64,000 bases of DNA from Alphaproteobacteria bacterium. Its GTDB lineage: Bacteria; Pseudomonadota; Alphaproteobacteria; Bin95. The position numbers and the translations under genes are program-made. The DNA lies in the NCBI GenBank assembly GCA_964291285.2, contig OZ219788.1, positions 256,001 through 320,000 of the forward strand, read 5' to 3'. The notes beneath the pieces are model-generated. The model was not told the DNA's origin. It did not search any database and worked only from the letters and a program-made list of their open reading frames with translations. This document shows positions 44,797 through 54,200 of the stretch, piece after piece (the stretch's first letter is position 1; each line of letters starts with the position of its first letter).

Positions 44797-45877
44797 TAAG
44801 CCGCTTCTACGCCATAGGCCGAGGGCTGGGCTGCTTCCCCGCTACCCGATTCCATCGCATCAGGCTCGACGTTCCATTCGAGCCCGTCGAGCTCGTCGCG
44901 CACGGTCATGTAGTGGCCGGTGAACGAGACGGGACCGAAGCCCAGGCCGCCGGAAACCGCGAGGCCGGCCACTTTCTTGCCGTCCTCCGTAGTCCCTTCC
45001 AGCGTGTCCGCCTCGGCGACATCGTTGATCCAGCCGATGCCGGCGTTGAAGGCTATGCCGCCGAGCTCGATCCCGTAGTCCAACTGGACGCCGAAATCGC
45101 TGATACGGTCCTTTTCCTTGTAATCGACGTCGCCGTTGAAGACGTAAGCCGAAGCGGCGAGGCCTGCTTCGGACTCGAAGGAGAGCTGCAGCGCGCTCTC
45201 GCCGGCCTCGCCCATTTCGAGCCCCAGCGGGTCGGAGATGAGTTCCGTGCCGAAATCGGCGAAGGGCAGGGTGAACAGGCCGGCGGTGAACGAAACGGGC
45301 ATCTCCTCCACGCCGATCGTGAAGGCCGCGGTATCGACCTCGATCCCGCCTTCGTCGCCCATCGTCAGGACGATTTCGGCGCTGGCGGCATCGCTGATTT
45401 CAGCCTCGAAGGCGACATCCACCGTGGCCGTGTCGGCGTTCGATGCGGACTTGCCCTCATAGGGGTTGTCCTGGACGATCTCGACCTCGATGGCGCCGCC
45501 GATCCCGAGGCCGCCGGCGGCGGCCGCCGCTTCCTCCGCCTGAGCGCGGATGTCGGCTGCGGTCTGCTCCTGCACCGCCACCTTCGCCTTCAGCTTCGCG
45601 AGCGCCTGCTCCTTCTCCATCATGGCCGCGTCGCGTTCGGCGAGGCGTTCCTCAAGCTGCTGGATGCGCTTTTCCAGCGCTTCGAGGCGGGCGTCGGTTC
45701 CGCTCTGGGCCAGGGCGCCGCCGGACAGCAGGCAGGCGCCGAGCGCCGCCGCCGCCAACAGTCTGGGCATTCTCATGCGTCGTATCCCTTTCATCGCGTT
45801 TTTCGTTCGGACACACCGGATAACGGGCAATATCCATGCCGGGGGCCGGATTGCGCCCTCCCCCCGTCCGGCTGCCC

Positions 45878-48367
45878 CAGGGCGAATTAATTGTCTGCCT
45901 TTGGGCCATGTTGAGGTGGGGTCCGGGGTGGCTATTTTTTTCTTGATATGGCAGTGTGCCGGTCATGGCGAGGTTTCTGTTTGCGGGTGTTTGGGTTGAT
46001 CTTCGCGCGGTCACGGTGCGCCCGACCTGGGGGGCACGGGAGCACCGGCGCTGGGACGATTTGGTAGCGGCGCACCACTATCTGCGGTTCCACGGCATCA
46101 TCGGCAAGGGTCTGCGCCATGTCGCGGTTCATGGCGAGGCCTGGCTTGCCCTGGTTGGCTGGCAGCCTGGAGCGTTCAAGGTGGGAGCGCGGGACCGCTG
46201 GATCGGGTGGTCGGCGGAGCAGCAGTTCCGTCGCCTGCATCTGGTTGCCAACAACTCGCGCTTTGTCATCCTGACGCCTGAGCGGGTTCCCAACCTTGCC
46301 TCGCGGGTGCTGGGGCTGAGCGTGCGGCGGCTGTCGCAGGACCTGCGGGCGGCGCATGGCTATCCGGCTGTTGTGGCGGAGACGTTTGTGGACGTCTCGC
46401 GCTTCGCCGGCACCTGCTACCGCGCGGCCAACTGGCGCTCTTTGGGTCTGACGCGCGGCTTTGCCCGCGAGCCCGGAGGGGTGGCGCGCTGGCGTCACCA
46501 CGGCCAGCCCAAGGAGGTCTTCGTGTTCGAACTGACACACGGCGCCCCCGAGGCGCTGAGCCATCCCGAGATACCGGCAGACTGGAACGCTGAGCAGCAC
46601 ACCGAGCCGATGGCGGCGCCCCGGCTGCGCAGCCTGTTCGAGTGTTTGGGCGAGGTGCCCGAATACCGCCATGCCCGGGGCAAGCGCTATGCGCTCACCA
46701 CCATTCTGACGCTGGCCGTTGCCGCCCGGCTTGCCGGATACCGGGGTGTGAACGCCTTCGCCCAGTTCGCCGCCCTGCTCTCCCAGAAGCAACTCAAGGC
46801 GGTGGGCGCCTTCTGGAGCCCATCCAGGCAGTGCTACACGCCGCCGGCGGTCACCACCTTCCACAACATCCTCGCCGCCCTGCCGCCACAGACCCTGGAC
46901 AATGCCATCGGCCAGTGGGCCGGACAGCACAGCAGTGCGCACGCGCCTGTGGCCATGGACGGAAAGGATTTGCGCGGTGCCTCGAAGCAGAGCGAAGACC
47001 GGCGCAGGAGGATGGTCGCTGCGGTGGCGCATGACACCGGCGTGGTCCTCGGGCAGGTCGAAGTCAGCTCCAAAAGCAACGAAATCCCGGCCGTGCGCGA
47101 ACTCTCCAGCGGTCTCGACCTCACAGGCCGGATCGTCACCATCGATGCGATGCACGCCCAGCACGAGACCGCGCGTTGCCTGCTCGAACGCCGTGCCGAC
47201 TACGTGGTCAGCGCGGTGAAGGGCAACCAGCAGACCATCCTCGAAGACCTCAAGGCGATCGACTTCAGCGATGCGCCCTGGCACGAAACCGTCGACAAGG
47301 GCCATGGTCGCATTGAGCGCCGACGCTGCGCCGTCGTCGACCTCTGCGCTGCCGAGTGGGACGGCTACGCCCACCTTCACGGGCGCCGCCAGGCAATGCG
47401 CATGGAACGCGAGCGCAAGATGCTCAAAACCGGCAAGCGCAGCATCGAGGTCACCTGGAGCCTGACGTCGCTTGGCGCAGAGCGAGCCGGCCCCAAGGAG
47501 CTTCTCGATCTGGTGCGCAACCACTGGCACATTGAGAACCGTGTGCACTATGTGCGTGACTTCACCTATGACGAAGACCGTTGCCGGGCATATGTGCGCC
47601 ACCTGCCCGGAAATCTGGCCTGCTTGAGCAACGCGGCCATCGCTATCGTGCGCTGCGACGGACGCTTCCGATATGTACCCGAGGCCAACCGGCACTACGC
47701 CGCCCGCGCCCAAGAGGCCCTCGACGCGATTATGATCGCGCCCAGAGGCTGATACCCCACCCCCCACCGCAATACAGGCTCGGGCCGAAGAACGGCGCAG
47801 CAAAACAACTGCGCCCGTCGAGGACGAAAACACTGGACCGCGGCATCAAGAAACCACCATGACGGCGGCCAGAAACGTCTGGGGTTCCCCAAAACCTTCA
47901 TTGTCGGGCGGGTCGGCCACCCCGTATCATGAAAACAGGTGCCGGCCGCGCGGGCGGGACTTCGGGCTTTTACGGGGTTGCCTACCGGTCAGGGTCCGCA
48001 AGACGGGCGCCGCAGATGGCGAGTATCGGACGCCTCGGGAGCAGTGCTTTGGCGGGGAGGTTTTTTTTGCGCCCGATCCCCAACAATTTTCACGGCAAAA
48101 CCTTCATTGTCGGGCGGGTCGGCCACCCCGTATCATGAAAACAGGTGCCGGCCGCGCGGGCGGGACTTCGGGCTTTTACGGGGTTGCCTACCGGTCAGGG
48201 TCCGCAAGACGGGCGCCGCAGATGGCGAGTATCGGACGCCTCGGGAGCAGTGCTTTGGCGGGGAGGTTTTTTTTGCGCCCGATCCCCAACAATTTTCACG
48301 GCAAACACCGGCAGCCAGACCGACATCACTCAGACAAAGCCCGCGGTTCGACTAAAAATTTTCCCTG
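45878..48367 (+). mobile_element. ISAs1-family element with DUF4338-transposase fusion (CDS 45965..47752)
   Basis: Ends CAGGGCGAATT / AATTTTCCCTG. N-terminal HHYL, RDRWIGW, NNSRFVIL, NLASRVL, ETFVD, GTCYRAANW; C-terminal DGKDLR, KSNEIP, DAMH, KGNQ, HWHIEN. Confidence 0.9.
47890..48305 (+). repeat. Two identical tandem 206-bp units bounded by CAAA; candidate non-autonomous IS110-type element/ncRNA
   Basis: CAAA at 47890, 48096 and 48302 (period 206). Each unit has TTGTCG-18-TATCAT, a T8 run and a terminal TTTCACGGCAAA. Confidence 0.9.
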
Positions 48368-48374
48368 CGGAACC

Positions 48375-49276
48375 CCCTGATCGGCGATCAGGGGATTCCT
48401 CCGGGAGGCGTGTGCGCTGTTTGGAAGTTCTTTCTGAGCAAGGCATTGCGGAGGGTCTGGATTTTTCTTACCCCGTCAGGATGGCTGATTTCGGGGGTTT
48501 TTGCGGTTTGGAGGGAAAGGTTTTGTGGATTTCCACCCCATGGCCGTGCGCGGGCTGGTTTTCGGGCGCGTCGCGTTGAGGCGCGGGACTGAGTAGAAGG
48601 TGTCGCCATCGGGCCTGCGGCCCTTGTTCCATCCACCGGTGCTGGTTGGGAGAACGTGATGGCGACAGCGGAGAAGTTACCGTTTTCGTGGCGGTCTGTC
48701 GAAGGTTTTCCGGATCTTGCGCGGTTGCGTGTGGTGCTGGAGGTGCTTCCGGACGAGGAGGTTGTGGCAGCGCTTGAGGCGGGTCGCGGGCGGAACGACT
48801 ATCCGGTGCGGGCGATGTGGCGTGCGTTGATCGCGGGGATCGTGTTCCGGCACGCCTCGATGCAGTCGCTTCTGCGGGAGCTGGGCCGCAACCCGGCGCT
48901 TCTGGAGATTTGCGGTTTCGAGGCGCTGCCCTTGCAGGGCGCGCCGGTGGTGGCGCTTTGCGCGGGGCGGGTGGTGAGGTATCCGGCGCCGTTGCGCTCG
49001 ACGGTGCCGGGCGCCTGGAACTTCTCGCGGTTCCTGGGGCGCGTGGTGCGCCTTGAGGACGAGCGCGGCCTTGTGTCGGGGATGATCGGGCGTCTGCGCG
49101 CCTCGCTGTTCGAGGAGTTGCCGGACTTCGGTCGCCATCTCGGGTATGACGGCAAGGCGGTGGCGAGCCACTCGACGGGCCGGGTTGCCGGGGCCAGGGG
49201 GCAGACCTCGGACCCCGATGCGGACTGGGGCAGGCACGAGACGGGCGGGGTGAACGCGAAGACCGGCGCGGTGTAA
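48375..49276 (+). mobile_element. 5' half of a DUF772/IS1182-like IS (transposase 48659..49276, truncated)
   Basis: DLARLRVVLEVLPDE, GRNDYPVRAMWRA, LLRELGRNP, YDGK, DPDADWG. Putative end CCCTGATCGGCGA also occurs at 14810. Confidence 0.75.
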
Positions 49277-49656
49277 ATCTCGAATGAGATTTTTCATGTT
49301 AGGGCACTATCTGACAGAAGGTCGCCTTCCTCCCATGAGGGGGTCCTGAATACAGGATATTTTTGGGCATGGCAAGAGGCATTGGCACGAAATCCGACTG
49401 ACCTACAGGAAGGTCCTGAACGCGATAGTGGCACTGGGGGAAGTAAAACAATGACAACGCATTGTTTCCGGGGGGCATTGAGGGTAGCCTTATGCATGAA
49501 TGCATTTCTAGTACGAAGGAAGTCACGACCATCGTGGTGATGCACCTAATCAACCTGTGAGAGGATGAATATGATAACTGATACAGGAGAAAAACAAGAG
49601 CACTTGCCGGTAAAGCACGGAATTCTGATGGCTGCGGCAGGTCCGGGGGCGTCGTC

Positions 49657-50040
49657 ATGAGCCGGGCTCCGGGGGGCCGCCGCACGCAGCATGCGGTGAT
49701 GGCGACGGCGAACGAGTGGGCGCGCATCAGGGAGCTTGCCGACGAGGCGGGCATGGAAATCTCGCGCTACATCGTTCACCGGGCCATCATGGCGGAGGCG
49801 GTGCCGGCCGTCGTCATGCGGCGCGCGGTGCGCGAACTGCTGGTGCTGGCAAAGATCGAGCAGGAGCGCATGGAGGACCTCGACCTGGGGGACCGCTGGA
49901 CCGCTCTCGGCGATGCCGTCGATGCCTGGCTCTCCCGTGAGGACGACCTGGACCGCCTGACCGATCCCGGCGCGGCGGCGCGCTGGCAGGCGGTCTCGGT
50001 CAGCGGCGATCCGGAGGGCGGCCCCGCGCCGCAGCCCTGA
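49657..50040 (+). CDS. RHH/MobC-like protein (cassette 4, gene 1)
   Basis: VMATANEWARIRELADEAGMEISRYI; duplicate at 21932. Confidence 0.72.
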   Translation: MSRAPGGRRTQHAVMATANEWARIRELADEAGMEISRYIVHRAIMAEAVPAVVMRRAVRELLVLAKIEQERMEDLDLGDRWTALGDAVDAWLSREDDLDRLTDPGAAARWQAVSVSGDPEGGPAPQP

Positions 50041-50047
50041 GGCGGTC

Positions 50048-50377
50048 ATGGCAAGAGTGGTTCGCCGCACCCTGCGCTGCACGGCGGTCGAAAAGGCGGC
50101 GATCGGGGAGAGGGCCGAGGCGGTCGGCATGCCGGTCTCGCGCTTCCTGGTAGCCTGCGCGCTGCACGAGGATGCGGGCGGGGCGCCCCGCGAGGAGCCC
50201 CGGCTGGTGCTCTCGGAGGAGGAACAGCGGACATTGCATGAGCGGGTGGCGCGGATGGACGCCGTCCATCGCGCCTTGCACGAGGCGCTTCCCGGCACGG
50301 ACCTGTCGCTGTTCGGCGCGATCGCGTTCATCCAGCGCGCGCTTCGGGAGCGCCCTTCGGGATGGGCCGATCGATGA
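50048..50377 (+). CDS. RHH/MobC-like protein (cassette 4, gene 2)
   Basis: TLRCTAVEKAAIGERAEAVGMPVSRFLVACAL; LVLSEEEQRTL. Confidence 0.75.
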   Translation: MARVVRRTLRCTAVEKAAIGERAEAVGMPVSRFLVACALHEDAGGAPREEPRLVLSEEEQRTLHERVARMDAVHRALHEALPGTDLSLFGAIAFIQRALRERPSGWADR

Positions 50378-50823
50378 CGGCGCGCGGTTCCGGCGGGCGG
50401 GTGCGGCTGACTATCTCATGCTCCGACCTGGACTGGGAGCGAAGCCGGGAGATCGCGGACCGGCGCGGCGTTTCGATCAACGGGCACATGATTTCCGCGG
50501 GGCTGAGCGTCGAGCTCGATCCGGAGGCGTTGTCCGGTCCGTCGCTCGTCCTGTCCGGGGCGGAGCAGCGGCAGCTGTTCGACCGGGTCGCCCGTATGGC
50601 GGACGGCGCCCTGGCGGCGGCGGGTCCGGGCGGGAGTTCCATCGAACGGCTCCGGCAATCGGTGGAGCTGCTGCTCATGACGGTGCTGCGTGACATGGTC
50701 CGGCAGGGCCGGGAGGACGAACTCGGGCCTCTGCTGGCGGAGACGTTCGGCGCCGACCACGCCCCGGAGATCGAACGGCAGTTTCACAGGTGGATGGAGA
50801 ACCAGACGCCGCTGCTCGGCTGA
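50374..50823 (+). CDS. RHH/MobC-like protein (cassette 4, gene 3)
   Basis: ATGA overlap; TISCSDLDWERSREIADRRGVSI; LVLSGAEQRQL. Confidence 0.72.
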   Translation: MTARGSGGRVRLTISCSDLDWERSREIADRRGVSINGHMISAGLSVELDPEALSGPSLVLSGAEQRQLFDRVARMADGALAAAGPGGSSIERLRQSVELLLMTVLRDMVRQGREDELGPLLAETFGADHAPEIERQFHRWMENQTPLLG

Positions 50824-50950
50824 GCTGGCGGTGCTGGCCGATAGTATTCACGGAGTTTCCCCTCGAGTTGCGCAGCAAGATCGCCGACCGGGCGATCGGG
50901 GCTGAGGCGGGACCCTGGCGAAAGCACCGGGACGGAAAGAACGGGAAGCG

Positions 50951-51031
50951 ATGGCGGTCAAGCGACTCTTCGACCGTTTCCCCAACGAGGACGCGGCCCG
51001 CAAATGGTTCGAGGCCGTTATCTGGCCGGAC
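50951..51031 (+). pseudogene. IS1595-family transposase N-terminal remnant
   Basis: LFDRFPNEDAARKWFEAVIWPD. Confidence 0.7.
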
Positions 51032-51224
51032 GAGAACAACCGGCACAAACCGCCAGTTCCCGATCATCCTGACCCGTCGATACAGAAGGCGCCGTGCGGC
51101 CAGTCTGTCCAACGACCGCTCGCAGTTTTGCCGCTCCTGAACGGCTTCGTGCATCGCCTCGCCAGTCCGGCTCGCAAGACCGGTCACGCCGGGGATGCCC
51201 GGCAGGACCCGGCAGCACCGCCGG

Positions 51225-54200
51225 TCATCCCATGCTCAGTCCGCCGCCTTCGGAGCGGTCGACGCGCTGCTCCTGGGTCGTTTCTTGCACCTGCCGGGGC
51301 GTCTGAACCGGCTTCGGCGGGTTCAGGATACGTGCGCGGCGGGCCTCGTCGCTCCATTCGGCGCGGAAGCATCCGCGCGCGGTGACCGCGGCGACCGTCC
51401 TCTCGATATCGCTGCCCGGCTCGGGCGCGTCCGGGCCCGAGGCCTCGACGGTTTCGAGCCGGAGCCCTGGGCTGCCGAAGCGGATATCGTCCATGCGCGC
51501 CGTCACCTTCGCCTCGACCGTGAGGACCCGGCCTTCGCCGGCGTCCTCGGTCCAGGCGATGCGGTCGCCCGGCACCGGTTCGCCGCAGGCCAGCCGGCAG
51601 AGCCATGACGGCACAGACCGGTGCCGGGCCAGTTCCAGTTCCCGGAGCCTCTCGTCGGACCAGGCGGCGCGGGCGCAGCCGATGCTGACGAGGGATTCGG
51701 CCGTTCGGGGGATGACCGCCCCGAGCCCGGGCGGTTCGTCCGGACCCGCGACATCCAGCATCCGCACCTGCAGCAGGTCGTCCTCGTGCATGCCGCCGGC
51801 CGCTCCTGCGGAGACGACGATGATTTCCATCATGTCGTCGCCGACGCGGACCCGGTCGCCGGGGACCAGCGGTTCCTCCCCGGTCCAGCGGAGCCAGTGT
51901 GCGGGTTCCGGCACGCGCGCAAGCCGCTCCCTCTCGCGGCGGATGGCCTCCGCCACGGCGGGCCGGCCGGCAGCCTCACGCTGCGCGGCCGGATCGGCCG
52001 ATTGTCCGAACCCGCCGGCGAGCCCGGCGACCGACGCCAGGTCCTCGTTCCACCGGCGGTCGCGGGCGAGCCACTCCCCGGCCCTCCGGCGGGCCGGCTC
52101 CGGCAGCGCCTCCAGCTCCTTCGCGTACATGGTGACCCGCGCATAACCTTCCGCATGGAGCGCCAGCGTGTCGTCCCGGACGGCGAGCCGCTCGACCCGG
52201 TCCGCGAGCGACATGAAGGCGTCGCCCGCGTCTCGCAGCCGCACGGCCTCGAGCCCGGCCAGCACCTCCCGCACCCGGTCCCGGAGGCGGGGCATGACCT
52301 TCAGGCGGGAGGCGGCCCTGGCCTCGGCCGCGCCGGCCTCCGCCTCGCCCAGCAGCCTCCGGCCGGCGGCTCGGATTTCCCCGGAGCCCTCCCGCCATGC
52401 CGCCATGTCCCCGAGCGCGAAGGGCGCCATCCCGGCCTCGCGGGCCCTCTCCTCCAGACCCTCCCGCCGGCGCTCATGCTCTTCGCCTGCCTTCAGGAAC
52501 GACATGACCGGTTCGGTCTCCGCCTTTGCGCGGGCATCGAGGTCGAACACCCGGTCCACGGCGCGCCGCACCTCGGGCTCAAGAGACGCCTCGCCCCTGA
52601 GTTCCTCCGCCCGGTCGCGGAGCCCGGCCCAGGAAGGCAGGTCGACGGGGTCGGAGCCGGACTCGCGGCGTTGCCGGCCCACCGTCCTGACAAGCGCCGC
52701 GAACCTTGCCGAGCGGCGTCGCAGCGCCGCCTCCGCAAGCCTGTCGACCGCCTCGCGAACCCGCGCGCGCTCGGCCCCGACGCGCGCAAGGCGGATGCGG
52801 AGCGGATCGCCGAGCTTCGCTCCCGGTCCCTCGCCGAGCATTCCGAGGCCCTGTTGGCGAAGCCTCGCCGCCCGCTCGTCCCAGGGGTCCGGTTCCGCAG
52901 CACCTCCGGGGCCGGCATCGAACAGAAGACCGTCGCAGTCCAGCAGGAACGTCTCGATGCCGAGCCCGGCCCTCCTGTCTTCGGGCGTCGGCGGCGTTCC
53001 GGAAGCGGCCCTGCGTTCCGCGTCGGCCGCGCCCCAGGCCTCGACCGCCGGACGCACCGCCTGCGGTACCTCCCGGCCCCGGAGCCGCCCCGCCCATTTC
53101 GCCAGCGCTTCGGCGCCGGCCGTTTCGCGGGGGGCGACGCCCGCTGCCCGCGCGCCGGCCTCGTGCCGCGCCGCAGCCTCGCGGAACCGCTCCGCCTCGT
53201 CGAGCTCCCGGCCCCGCACCAGGCGCCGGAGCGCGGCGCCGATCCTGGCGGCGATGCCCTGGCCGCTGCCCTCCCGGAGTTCCTGTCCCGCATCGGCGAG
53301 CGTCCTGCCCTCCGCCAGCCAGGCCGCGTGCTCGGGAAGGTCGTCCATCGGCCGCCCGCGCTTCGCCGCCGCCCGTTTCAGCAGCGGCCAGTCGCGGCCG
53401 TGCCTCTCCGCCCGGCGCAGGAAAGCGAACCCCTGCCGGCGCTCCGCAATGGCCTGCGCGTCCCTGCTGTGGACCTCCTCCACGAACGCCCGCAGGTCCG
53501 CCGGAAGCGCCATGTCCTCCGCCAGCATCGCCGTGCCGGTCACGATACGGGCATAGCCCTCCGTGCGGACAAGGTCGCTGCCCTGCGTTTCAGCCCGGGC
53601 AACGAGTTCCCGCCAGTCCGCCTCCAGCCCGCGCAACATGGCAAGCGCCGCGGCGGGCGGCGGGTCCCCGTTCTCGCCCACCGCCTCCAGCGCCGTCATG
53701 CGCGAGCCGTCATTCGCCTCCAGCACCTCCTCCAGCCGCTCGCGATCGTTCGTCACCAGCACGAACCGGTCCCGGGCCCGGCTCGCCTCCACATGGAGGC
53801 CCGCCTGGCCGGCGAGCGCCCCGTGCCCCGTGTCGAGCACGCCGATCGCGCCGTCGCTTGTCATGCCCTGCGCCGCATGCAGGGTCGTGCTCCAGGCATG
53901 GTCGATATGGCGGAGTTGCGGGTCGGTGCGCGCCAGCGACAGGGTCCTGCCGTCTCCCAGATCGAACCTCACCCGGCGCGACCCGATCTCCCGCACCACC
54001 GCACCGCCGCCGTTCACAAGCCCGCGCCGCTCGTCGTTCATCGTCCAGCGGATGCGGTCGCCCGCCCGGATGCGGATGCGCGCCGTCTCGTAGAGCCCGA
54101 ACCGGTAGCGCACCCAGCTGTCGCCGGGGCGGATGCGCACCGTCCGCCCCGTCGGGTGCTCCAGGAAGACGAACTCTCCCTCCGCGCGCATCACCCGGCA

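Larger units (their letters stand above)
41438..45776 (-). pseudogene. LbtU-family porin split by IS630::IS1634 (segments 44797..45776 and 41438..41716)
   Basis: Signal peptide, coiled coil, LISDPLGLEMGE, YVFNGD, C-terminal TLQLAAEF. Removing the IS restores ...EAAY-ALEMGD... in frame. Confidence 0.82.

Noticed and set aside
45965-46560. Druantia defence system
   Set aside because: The DUF4338-like domain is fused to a transposase inside IS ends, and no DruE helicase or other dru genes are present.
47859-48579. ORFs across the 206-bp repeats
   Set aside because: The unit length is not a multiple of 3, the peptides shift frame between copies, and there is no RBS or codon bias.
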